DNA from: a virus | Taxonomy: Duplodnaviria; Caudoviricetes | Reading direction: 5' to 3' (one strand) | Virus record (IMG/VR): IMGVR_UViG_3300031834_000006 | Span: 1 to 58,600 of that record | Length of the DNA: 58,600 bases | Shown here: positions 16,101 to 25,900 of the stretch, one piece after another | Layout: the number at the start of each line of letters is the position of its first letter | How positions within the stretch are numbered: position 1 is the first letter of the stretch | Notes under the pieces: model-generated | The model's database searches: none | Seen by the model: only the letters and a program-made list of their open reading frames with translations | What the model was told of the DNA's origin: nothing | Made by a program: the position numbers and the translations under genes

Positions 16101-19100
16101 AACGGTTGGGGCCGTGGTGCCCAACGCAACGTTAACATCGTCCAAGTCTACGGTAGGTTCTTTCTTTAACGCGCCCAAGAAAGTCTTGGTTAGTCCGGCC
16201 ACGCGTTGGTTGGCCAAGCTCATTGCACGTTCTTGGTACTGCTTGGCTTCGTACATACGTGGATCCAAGTTTCCGGATGCACGCAACAAGCGGGTTAGCT
16301 TGTTACCAAAGTTGTACTCGCCCGTTACCTCGTTAATTGCTAGGTCATCCAGCGATACTCGGTAAGCTGACTCAATGTCCGGCGAGGTTACCGCAGTAAG
16401 TGCTCGGCTTAACAGAATTTTTGGTTCTTTAGGCTTTGGGTTTAGCGCAAGCGAGCGGTCGCTATCGGGGACCTTGGTTACCTTGTGCTGGCCAAACAAG
16501 ACCCCAGCCGTGTGAGTTTTAGAAACGTATCCAGCAAAACCTTTGTCCTTAATTGCTTTTTCGTACAAAGTAGTGGCGGCGCGGTCATCAAAACGGGCGT
16601 ACCCCAACGCAACACGTTCGTCTCGGCTTGGGAACAGGTCCAAGGGGTCAGCATCGTAGTCGTACAAACTGTCTCCTGCCACCTTAATTTGGTAACGGAA
16701 CTGCCCAATAATGTGTTCGCGCACGTAACTGCTATAACCAAAATACGTTCTTGGTTGGTAAATCTTTTTGTAGTCCCGCTTGCGGTCCTTCTCAGATCCA
16801 ATTCCGCCAGTGCCGTGCATATTAGGGTCTGTGTTTTCTAGTTCCGAGTCAAAGGACCAGTGAGTAAGCTGAACTTCTTTGCCTCGGAACCTTGCTGGTG
16901 CAGCGGACTTGCTGTACCGAATGTCGTTGCTTTGTATATCAAAGCGTTGATCAAGCGGAACTCCCGTGAATGCTTCTGCGGATTTGATTTGCTCGGGATT
17001 AAGTATTATTGTTTCAGAGGAATCTGAATGAGCAGTTCCTGCAAAACGAACTGAATCATATCCATTCTTTAGTAGGTAAGCCCTTGTGTTTTCACCAATT
17101 TTATCCTTACCTGTGATATTTATACCAAGGTGATTCACCAATAAAGATTCAAGCTGATCTTGCCCTTGAGAAACAAGGAATGGTTTGTCTGACTTTACAA
17201 ACAACGATAAAACTTCACCTGTTTGTTTTATGGTTTGATGTGGGTAATCCCCTTCAAAATAACGGCCAACGTATTGCGCTGAATCGGCAATATCTTTTCT
17301 TCCAGAAACAAAAAAACCAATCTTGCTTCCGATTGTCCGAGTATTCTTACCAAGTAACTCGGTAAGAAATTGAGTAACTCCACGAGTTTTTGTTCCGTGA
17401 TATACTCTCTCGTCATACCCCGATGATCGTGCACGTTTTTCAACAAGCTTTTTCGCTTCAGCCGTCTCCTCTGGTGTGATCGTTCCGTCGTTATACTTAG
17501 CTTCAAGCTCAGCGTGGCGAACAAGGTAGTCGGCATCCATTTGTGGCGTTGCAGCGCGGCTGTACCGCAAGTCAATTTGTCCGGTTGGCTCTGCCGCCAA
17601 GTTAACTCGAGGCTGCTGGTAACGCGGCTTTGAGTCGTACGTGGGGTTCTTCATAAAAACCCTTGACCCAACTATAATTGCATCGTCAAAAGTAAGAACG
17701 GGTAGCTTGGTGCGTACGTCAACAAACTCGCTCGACCGTGCTGGGTTGTACGCAATTTCGGCCCATACTTCTGGGTCGTTAATGTCGGCTGGCAATCGGT
17801 CGATCTTAACGTTCTCGCCCCGCACCGTGGCAAGCGGGAACTTGCCGCCGCCCTGCGCAATGGAAATTGGGCTACCCTTTTCAGCTCGGGTAATTACTTG
17901 GCCGTTCTTAACTCTGGCAATGGTTGTATAGCCAAGCACAGTGCTTGCTCTTGCTGTACCTCCCGGCTTGTGCGCGGTAATTGCGTACGTTACTTCTCCG
18001 GCTTCCAACGAACGATTGTAGGTGGGAATGTCGATACGCCAGTCAACTAGCTGGCCCTCGGGAATACCCAAGTCCGCCATTACCTTGCCAATCTTTTCTT
18101 CCTCGTCAGCGGATAATACCTTACCGTCACGGCGAGCAACAATGTATTGCTTAACTTGATCCACGGGCGGAATGGCTTGCGCACCCTTAACTACCCAAGG
18201 ATCTAGTACTTCAACCAAGTCAGCAAAGGTTGCGTTATCAATTTGACCTTCGGCCAAACGAACGGCGGCAACGGCCAGCTCGCCAGAACGTTTGTTCTTG
18301 GTTGCGCTAGCAAAAGCCTTGCTTTCTTGTTCCGTGGTTGGAGCCAAAGCTGCACGGCTAAACTGAATTGTTGGAGCGTTATCGTCCACGGTTAAAGAAT
18401 CACGGGTCCAAGCAACGGACTCAGCAATGGTTCCGTCCGCATTAAGAATAACAAGGCCATCGTAGCCTTGCTTTTCACCCAAGCTCTTAAAGTGTTTTCC
18501 AATGTTACCGTATTCTTCAAACAAGTGCTCGGCCTTAGCGGCTGCCTTTTCTTCGGTTAAGCCCAACGCTTTAAAAACCAAAGCTGGACCCCTTGCTTTG
18601 TCCGATACCTTAACAACCAAGGGCTTCATAAACAATACGTCAAACGTAGTTACTTCTGCTTGGCCCTTTTCTTTTCTAGCTTCTTTGGCGTAGTCTACAG
18701 AACGTGCAGCGTCTGGGGTAGTGTAGTACCCGTAACCGTAAACGCCTTCCGCGCTAGCCTTCATTGGGGTGCGCCCGTCAAACGTTCCGCCGTGGTAACC
18801 CGTAACGTAAAGCGGCTTGCCGTTCGGCGGGTTAACAGCTACCTTGGGTATGCTAAGCTGGTTAAGTATACCTTCTTTTGTAGTGGCGCGGCTGTACCGA
18901 ATGTCCGGTGCAGCTTCGTTGAACCGCTCGCTTAACGGGATTACTCTATCCTTGTTGCGGGTAACGGGGTCTGCGGACTTGATTTGCTCAGGTGAAAAAA
19001 CAACAATAAATTCAGGTCCGTCAACCGCTCCGTCAAAGCCGCGATCAATTATGTCTCCGGTAACATCACCGTTTTCTTTTAGGTAACCAATAGTAACGGG

Positions 19101-19922
19101 CTCACCCTCTTCGTCTTCTGCCAAAGTACCGTCTTCGTAGCGGTAGCCCTCGCCTTGGAAATCATATGGGTTTTCTAATTGCAAGTATACCGAGTAAGCG
19201 TAGTCACCGTATTCTGGCATTGGCTCTTTTGAAAAATAGTTCTCGCCCTCTTCAAACTCTGTAAAAGGACCGTCCTTATCAAAATTCTCACTGGGGGTTG
19301 TGTGGTATGCTTTTACGTTATACCCCGCAGCCTTTGCCGCTGCATCCACCATGCGCTGCGCCGTAGCTGTGTCGTTAGCGGCTACCGCTGCAAGGTAGTC
19401 GGCATCCATTTGTGGCGTTACCGCAGCGCGGCTCCGTTGAATTGTAGGGGCTGCTTGCTCCAAAGGTACTTCTCCGGCTTGGCCCTTGCGCAGCTCAACT
19501 TGTGCCCAGCTCGGGAAACCAAGGCTCTTAGCCAAGTCTTCGGTATTTGCAAAAGCTTCGTTAATGTCCTTGCCCGTGGCCAGTTGGTATACAGCGGCCC
19601 GTGCGTCTTCAATTGTAAACTTCTTGTCCTTTTCGTACCGAGCCCAAACCGCACGCACCGCGTCCACGTTCTTCTTGTTTGACTTCCACTTGGCTGTAAA
19701 CAGCAAGCGCACAGCTTCCCAAGTAATGGATTGAATTTCGCGGGGCAACAAGCCAAAGGTCTTGGCGGCAGCGCGGTACGCTTCGGCGTTGGCCGCGTAC
19801 AAGCCGTTAACACCCAAAATAGAATTGTTAGTAACGTTGCTTGAACCAAAGTTCTGGCTAACCTCAAAGCTGTTTCCGCTTAGGGCTTGCCAGTACAACG
19901 CGGCAACCGCGTGGGTGTCCAT
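13155..19922 (-). CDS. Giant polyvalent internal virion/ejection protein, C-terminal part (several ADP-ribosyltransferase-like modules)
   Basis: 2255 aa; repeated YHG/YHT...G.Y/F...GYDG...PEQIKSA modules; helical C-terminal region; in frame with the upstream 2465-aa ORF across one TAG. Confidence 0.75.
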   Translation of the reverse strand: MDTHAVAALYWQALSGNSFEVSQNFGSSNVTNNSILGVNGLYAANAEAYRAAAKTFGLLPREIQSITWEAVRLLFTAKWKSNKKNVDAVRAVWARYEKDKKFTIEDARAAVYQLATGKDINEAFANTEDLAKSLGFPSWAQVELRKGQAGEVPLEQAAPTIQRSRAAVTPQMDADYLAAVAANDTATAQRMVDAAAKAAGYNVKAYHTTPSENFDKDGPFTEFEEGENYFSKEPMPEYGDYAYSVYLQLENPYDFQGEGYRYEDGTLAEDEEGEPVTIGYLKENGDVTGDIIDRGFDGAVDGPEFIVVFSPEQIKSADPVTRNKDRVIPLSERFNEAAPDIRYSRATTKEGILNQLSIPKVAVNPPNGKPLYVTGYHGGTFDGRTPMKASAEGVYGYGYYTTPDAARSVDYAKEARKEKGQAEVTTFDVLFMKPLVVKVSDKARGPALVFKALGLTEEKAAAKAEHLFEEYGNIGKHFKSLGEKQGYDGLVILNADGTIAESVAWTRDSLTVDDNAPTIQFSRAALAPTTEQESKAFASATKNKRSGELAVAAVRLAEGQIDNATFADLVEVLDPWVVKGAQAIPPVDQVKQYIVARRDGKVLSADEEEKIGKVMADLGIPEGQLVDWRIDIPTYNRSLEAGEVTYAITAHKPGGTARASTVLGYTTIARVKNGQVITRAEKGSPISIAQGGGKFPLATVRGENVKIDRLPADINDPEVWAEIAYNPARSSEFVDVRTKLPVLTFDDAIIVGSRVFMKNPTYDSKPRYQQPRVNLAAEPTGQIDLRYSRAATPQMDADYLVRHAELEAKYNDGTITPEETAEAKKLVEKRARSSGYDERVYHGTKTRGVTQFLTELLGKNTRTIGSKIGFFVSGRKDIADSAQYVGRYFEGDYPHQTIKQTGEVLSLFVKSDKPFLVSQGQDQLESLLVNHLGINITGKDKIGENTRAYLLKNGYDSVRFAGTAHSDSSETIILNPEQIKSAEAFTGVPLDQRFDIQSNDIRYSKSAAPARFRGKEVQLTHWSFDSELENTDPNMHGTGGIGSEKDRKRDYKKIYQPRTYFGYSSYVREHIIGQFRYQIKVAGDSLYDYDADPLDLFPSRDERVALGYARFDDRAATTLYEKAIKDKGFAGYVSKTHTAGVLFGQHKVTKVPDSDRSLALNPKPKEPKILLSRALTAVTSPDIESAYRVSLDDLAINEVTGEYNFGNKLTRLLRASGNLDPRMYEAKQYQERAMSLANQRVAGLTKTFLGALKKEPTVDLDDVNVALGTTAPTVSTADRAAAKATRDAELEALNAQYKQTDQAYARYQQGTIKARADYATHQDVKLYQREVTTLQAELANSPEKQTRTAAITAANSAYALEIQAARAKGVKTAMVAQQQALFRLEQNNPRVANVVTEFRIAIDSLSQQLVESLGPNDPMRAVVTENLGVYLTRTYQIHHDEGYVEKIKNDPTFAQARQEARDFFEKAWVNRTFKSWRSNDLYAVYSDAEVRALVEAEARAQSIGSIELDNFIEQHGETPEIPGKILNKTDLTRFMEKGEVPRELVAILGEIQNPVENAMRTYSNLSTFLGTQRLLNQFAQGGLDNGFLVTADEKAKDPEKYRLYEPLLNSTKTLGGEPLSNYYAPPEVKEAFKVSFSPDRKAPKSDAAQFIYQIELLTAKAIGKSLGMLTLGSAGFYTRNMVSNVLYMGANGFIASPANIADSIKGLNEIYGTNFLNRAAQILPEFARPDEKFSLSELGPLGSDLIALGLKDSINGGVLKDLLNGMSGDPVNFLAKLEETIRNKGKVASATLTAVKAPYQAVSSAFDSLASAAEAIDLMYKFAYYSHEVKVLTEANAYNTTKWTETQIKQLAARTVRKTTQGRSEVVAVAKAFQASPLATLMNSYFRFTAETVRLPFAITSVGFKEFNSGNPVLRARGIKRLAGLGLVLASSAVPEILKAVGGFEDDQEESIRNSLPAWAKDVNYYFAKDQQDPSKIKMWNLTYVHPFSLITDPFMRSAHLMLNGRADEAPAVLFGAVAHAFFSPQIAVEAIAKARNNTNDQGGKIWYENDSTPEAAFKVVKYLANSAYRLKSPQKFLQAFEAYTNNSIYDQDARLATASELVANEFSPFQTRRYDLVKLAHQAFGKIKRDQDAVTAERGKFKTEAPLSSQQVEDVYVSLEDARLFAARKLQKIVSGFQKLGVSEQELKRQANDVGISKDRYNQIIKRNVVDRVVFEKDMFSEMLERGGESNGQARVDYLKQAIQKRPRFIPVNP

Positions 19923-19937
19923 TGTTACGTGGCCGTC

Positions 19938-22900
19938 CTAGTTGTTAGGATCCACAATGTTATTGTAGAAGCTACGCACCTTGTGCATATTACCTAGCTC
20001 TTTGCTAACCACCTTGAGCTTGTTTGCTTTGTCCGAGCTCATAATACGAATAGCCTTTTGCACGGTGCTATAGCTACCCCAAGCAAGCCTTGTTTCTTTG
20101 CCGCTAGTTTCGCTGCGCGAAGCTTCTTGCGTGTTGGTTCCGTCCGGCGCGTACTTCATAAACGCTGGCGCGTCGTTTACTTCCGAGTACATGCGAATAA
20201 ACCTTGCTTGGTTTTCAATTGCCAAGTCCTTAAGCGCACGCCCTTCTAATTGCTTTAGAATTTCACGGGCCTTGTTTCGGCCAGCCTCGGCGTTTGCGCT
20301 GGACCATCCGGTAAACATTGGGTTGCCCTGCTCATCAAAAACGTGCTCGCCGTTAGAATCGTACACGGCTTTAACCTTACCCTTTTCGTAAATGGGTAAG
20401 CTGCTGTCGGTAGCCTCGGTAGTAATTTGAGGCTCGCCCCCGCGCTTAAGCCACTGCGCAGTCATTTCTGGGCCCCAAACAATTGCGTTTGGATTGCCCA
20501 AAATTACTTGTTGGTGCCAGATTTTCATGGTGCGCTCGGCCAGCGCAATGTTCATAAACCAATCCTTCTGCGGACTAAACACAGCCAACACACCGCTGGC
20601 TTGCTCAACGTCCTGCGCGTACGCCACGCCAAACTCGTTTGCAATTTTGTTTGCACCGTCGTACCAAAGCTTGGCCACGTTGCGCAAGTTCTTTGGGAAC
20701 AAGTTAATTAACGCTTCCAAGTTGGACTGCGTGTTTTGAATTACAACGTTGTAAATCTGCGGGGCAAGCGTGGCAATTGGGTGTTCTGGGTCCGTGGCAA
20801 AACCCGCCAATGTTTTGGTCATTTCGGACTTCTGCTTAGTTTTTAAAGCTTTAAGTTCTTTTGACTTAGTCAAACATTTTTCCAAGCTAGCTTGTTTCTT
20901 TGCAAAGTCATTGCCAGCTTGTCCGGTAAGTCCACCTTTTTTCAGCAACAACGCGTCTTGAAATTGTGAGTCGGTTGCCTTTACCTTTTCCACGGTTAGC
21001 AAGTCCTTTAAAGCTTTCTTGTAACGCTTAATTTGGTCGGCGTTAACACGAATTTTACTGCCAGTTTTTTCGTGTTCGGTACGCAAGCCGCGAACTAATT
21101 TTGCAAGCTTGGGAAATTCCCGCGCCACAATTGGATACTCGGTTAGGTACAGCGCGTTGGTTCGGTAACCCTTTGGATCCCGCGCCATTACGTCCAAGCC
21201 AATTAAGGACATTGGGTCTAGCCCAGACTCGGTTGCGCTTTTGCCAGTTGGGTTTCGCGTACCCAAGGCTTGGCCCGGCTTAAGATCTTGCGCGTTAAAG
21301 CCAGTGTAAGCTTTGGAGAAGTAGTTTGTTGGCACAACCGGACGCAAACGTTCCGCAATTGCAAGGTCCGTATCAGAATTGGTACTCGAGAAGCTCTGGG
21401 CATCTTGCGGAATGTCTTCGCCTTTGCGTTGCAGGTAACGGAACAAGTCGCCCAAACGGTTTTGGGTTACGGCCAACCTTTCGTTCTGGCCGTCGTTGCG
21501 CAAACCAATTTCTGCAAACGTTGCGGCCACGTAGTCGGTTGCCCGTTCCCCAAGCCCAAGCAAGTCTTGTAAGTCAGAAGCGGTAAGATCATTGCTTGTA
21601 GCACGCTCAATAACTTGTGCGGCGTTAAGTCCGGAATCTTCAAACGCAACTCGGGTTTCTTCCCCGACCCTTTGCATAGCTAGCTCGTGCGCAACGGCAA
21701 CCGTAAGGTCCCGTTCGACCAAGCTACTTTGTTCTTCAAAGGCATAGGCTCCGTAAACCGCGTTAACCAAGTCCTCGTTAACCACCAAGGTATTACCGTC
21801 CAACACAAAGGGCTTGCTGGTATCCTTTGAAATTACTGTGGCAAATTCCTTTTGGCTTTGAACTTGTTTTACAATTAGGTTCTCCGAACCTGTATCTGTA
21901 GCAAGGTCCTTTGAATAACGCAAGCCGGAATCCACTTTATCGTCCTTGTACATAACGCGGACCGTAATAATTTTGCCTTCGGTTGTACGTACATTTGTAA
22001 AGTAATTGTCGTCCGAAGCTTCGTCCGCTGGAATGTCTAACTCTTCCCCATCTCGGGGCTGGTACATACCGTCTTGGTAAAACAAACCGTTATCGGTCGC
22101 CATGCTTTCTTGGCCGAACTCGTTGGCAAAGTCCACTGCATCTTGATCCGTGAATCCGTCAACTAAGAAACTGTTTTCACCGTTTCCGTAACGACCCACA
22201 ACTATGTCGGCCACGTAGCCGCGTTGTGCTAGCCACTGCTTGGCCTGTTCATTAAACGCTGCGTTGGCTTCTTCGGTTGGTACAGTTACGTCTGGGTTCT
22301 CGGCCGTAAACGCGCCGAACTTTCCAGTTTTAATAAGGGCGCGAAGCTGAGCTTCCGAGAAAATACCGTCTTGTAACGAATCGGTTTGGTGGTTAATCCA
22401 GTCAAAAGAATCTCGCGGGTGTGGGTTAGGCACGCCAAACATTGGGCCAAAGCCGTCTTGCCGCGCAACCGCTGCCCTGCTAGCCAAAATCTGTTGTACC
22501 GAACGCGCTGGCAAGCCATTGCCCTCGGCCACTGCTTTTGTAAGGTCCAGCATTGCTTCGGCCAAGGCACGGCTTTCTGGGTCCGCCAAGCGTTTACCGC
22601 TAAAGAAGCTAGCCAAAACGTCCAAGAACTTTTGGTACAAGCTGCGCTCGCCCTTTTCGGCCAAGCCGTCTAATTGTAGCCGGAAAGTCCGGGAAGCAAA
22701 GTAGTGTGCAACGAACTCGTTAACCGCATAGTCTTCGTTAAAAGTTTCGTTTTCGTTCATGCGGCCTTCTACAGCGTAACGCAAGTTTTCGGGTATAGCG
22801 TTGCCGTACCGCTCTTCGATTTTAGTTTGGGCTTCCGCACGTAGGGCCAGCAACCTTGCCCGAACTTGGCGTTCAAAATCATTCTTTGGATTGCTAATAA

Positions 22901-25900
22901 CTTCTGCGGTTGCAAAGTGGGTTAGCTCGTGCAGCAAAGCGTCCACAATACCTCCACCGTTATCCGACGCGGCGTTTAGCGTAACAATTTTGCTTGCGCC
23001 CAAGTAGCCTCCGGTGGTGCCCACATCGTTCGGAGCGTTGTACACAAAAACGGGGCACTGTTCCACGCCCACGCTTAGCAAGAACTTTGCGGTTTCTCGG
23101 TGCATTTTGCTTTTGCCGGAACGAACAACGCTTTGCAGCACGGACTTAACATCCATTTGGCCCTCCTTAATTCCGTGCTTGGCAAATTGAACGCGGTGTT
23201 TGGCCCGTAGCTTGGCAAAGTGATTTGCTTGGGTGGCGCGGTCCGCCGGAGATATTGCTTCTTGCTGGACTAGGAAGTCCAGCAAGGTATTGGTGCGGCC
23301 TTGCTGGACGTTCCGAACCGCTGCATTAAGCTGGGCTTGAGTAAAGGTTCCTAAGTCCAATCCAGCGGCCAGCTCGGGCCCCACAATACGGAAAAGTTCT
23401 TCGGTTGTGGCAAACGTATCTGGGTCCAAACCAAGCTGAGTAGCAACCGAGCGTAGTTCTTCAACTAGCTTTGGGTTAACGTTACGGCCCGTAATAAGGC
23501 TTAGCGCGTAGTTGGCTTGGGCCTCAACAGCGGCTTGGCCTTGGCTAGACACAAGCGGGGCCCCGTTCTTGGCACGCTTGTTCTTGCGGCGTTGGGTTGA
23601 CTGATTTTGTTTAGCGTTAGCTGCGGCTTGGTTACGCTGAACGTCCGCAGACTTTGAACTTGCAACTGCGTTGGCAAAAGCGTCTGCGGATTCTTGGCCT
23701 CGCCCCTCGTAAACTTGACGGAGCTTTTGTGCGTTTTCCCCAGTAACGTAAGCATAAACGGCCTTGCCGTTTTTGTTCTGCACCAACACGTACATTGAAT
23801 CAATGTCGCCGTTGTCCGCAACCTTTACGTTAACCAAGCTCGGGTTTGTCGGCGCGTCGTAACGGGTCTTGCCATAAACAATTTGGCCGGAGTCCGAAAC
23901 GGTAAGAGCAACGCGGCGTACGTCGCGGCGAGGGCTAACCAAGCTGGGTTCGGCAACGGCTCCTTCAAAGCCCTCGAACTCCACGGCAAGCATATCCGCG
24001 TTTGGAGTAACTTCAATTGGCGGCTCGTTTGTTTCTGGGTCCAGTAATACCCCGTCCTCCTCAACTCGAATGCGTCCGCGTGTTCCGTTAATAACAACTA
24101 ACTGGCCTTTAAGGTCTTTAAAGGTACGGGTTTCGTCCACGGTTGGGCTTTCACCCGCGCCTTCGCTTACAAACTTAACTCCGTTTCGGGTAAGGTAAGC
24201 TTCAACTTGTGCTTGGTTGTCCCAGTCAATGTTGCTGTCCTGCGCTAGTTGGGCGGCGCGTTGCGCAACGTACGTTTGTACGTCGTTTGGCGTAATGGTG
24301 GTTTTGTTTTGTTTGTTTACCTTGCCCGAACCTTGAATCGATTTTAGTTCTTGGGTGGTAACGCCGAGCTCGGCGGCTTTCTTTGCAGCCAAGGCGGTGG
24401 CCACAGAACCGCTTGGGGCGGAACCAAAGGCTCGGGGGCTAAACACTATTGGCTGTTCCGGAACTTGGTCCAAAGCGGTAACCACGTTCGAAGCCGCACG
24501 GACTGGAATCCTTTCGCTTACAGGTTGAAAGTTGCGGTTTGCAAGTTTCAAGCGGTTCTTTAAAGCCGCAACAGTTTCGGGGCTTTGCCCGTCACTTTCA
24601 AGCTTAGTAATTACGTTGCTTAAGAAAGTACCTTCAACCGATTGTGCTACGCCTTGCTGGCGATCTTCGGCTTGGTTTATTCTGCGTGCGTTGTTTATGG
24701 CAGGTACAGCGGTACCGTAACCAAAACCAATAACACCGCTTTGGAACGCGTCCTTTAAAGCGTCTGCTAAATTAAGCTCTTTGTTATCCAACATGGAGTT
24801 GGCCACAGCTTGAGCCAAGGTGTCTGTAAATTCTTCTAGAAATTCACCAGTGCCCTCTTTAACAATACCATAACCGGATTCCTTAGCCGCTTCTTTAACA
24901 ACCGCTTTAATGGCCCCAAGAACTTCTTGTCCGCCCAAGCTACTACGCTCCAACGCGCTGCTTACACGGCTTGTGTAGAACTTAAGTTGGCGTAGGTTTA
25001 CGTGGCCATAGCTTACTAGGTCAGCACCTTGGCCAAAAACTTTAGTAGAAGCTTGTTCTACTAGCGCGGTAATTGATCCGGCAACTAACGAGTGCGTAAG
25101 AGCGGACTTATGAATTTGTTCGTCGGTAAACTTGCGCGATCCGTCTGCGTTTAGCTCGGAACGCATGGCCATTGTTGTGTCCACGTACTGGCTTTCAGCG
25201 GAACGAGCAAAGCTAGTTGCGCGTTGGGTTACCGTACCTACAGCAATTGGAATTGCACGGTTAGCAAGATCGGCTTTAATACCCCGAAAGACTTTGTTTA
25301 CCAAGGCTGAGTCTGCTTTAACCGCCGCTGCGCCAACCTCACCGAACTGGCGGATATAACTTTGGCCAAAAAGGGCGCGGGTTTCTGGGCTTAAAGCTTT
25401 TGCAATAAAATTCTTTCCAATGTTTCCAGCAAACTCGTTTAGGGAAGTTGGAATTACGTTTTGAACAGCCTTACCAGCAAAGCCCCTTACAGAAGCTGGA
25501 ATTAAGTCCCGCGTAAGTGCGGTTGCTCCGGCCTCGGCTCCAGCCTCCAAAGTTTCTTTTAAAGCTGTGCGTGCAAAGCCTTTTGCGAAACTACTAGCTC
25601 CACCTGTAATTGCAATGTCCGCAACTATTGGGGCGGCTTGCGCTAAAAACTGATAGCCTGTTCCTAATTCGGAACCGTAAAGATTCGCGTACTTAGCACG
25701 CCGAGCTTCAAGCTCCGCATCCGCAATTGCCATGTCCAAGAAAAAGTCTTTCCCTTTTTCAAATCCAACTAGGTTGCTAACGCCCCCACCAATTGCAAAC
25801 ACAATTGGATTAAACGACTTAGCAGCCGAGCCAAGAATACCCGTTGTTTTAACGGCCAAAACATTCCAGTCTTTACGCTTAGAAGCTTCAGCTATATAGT

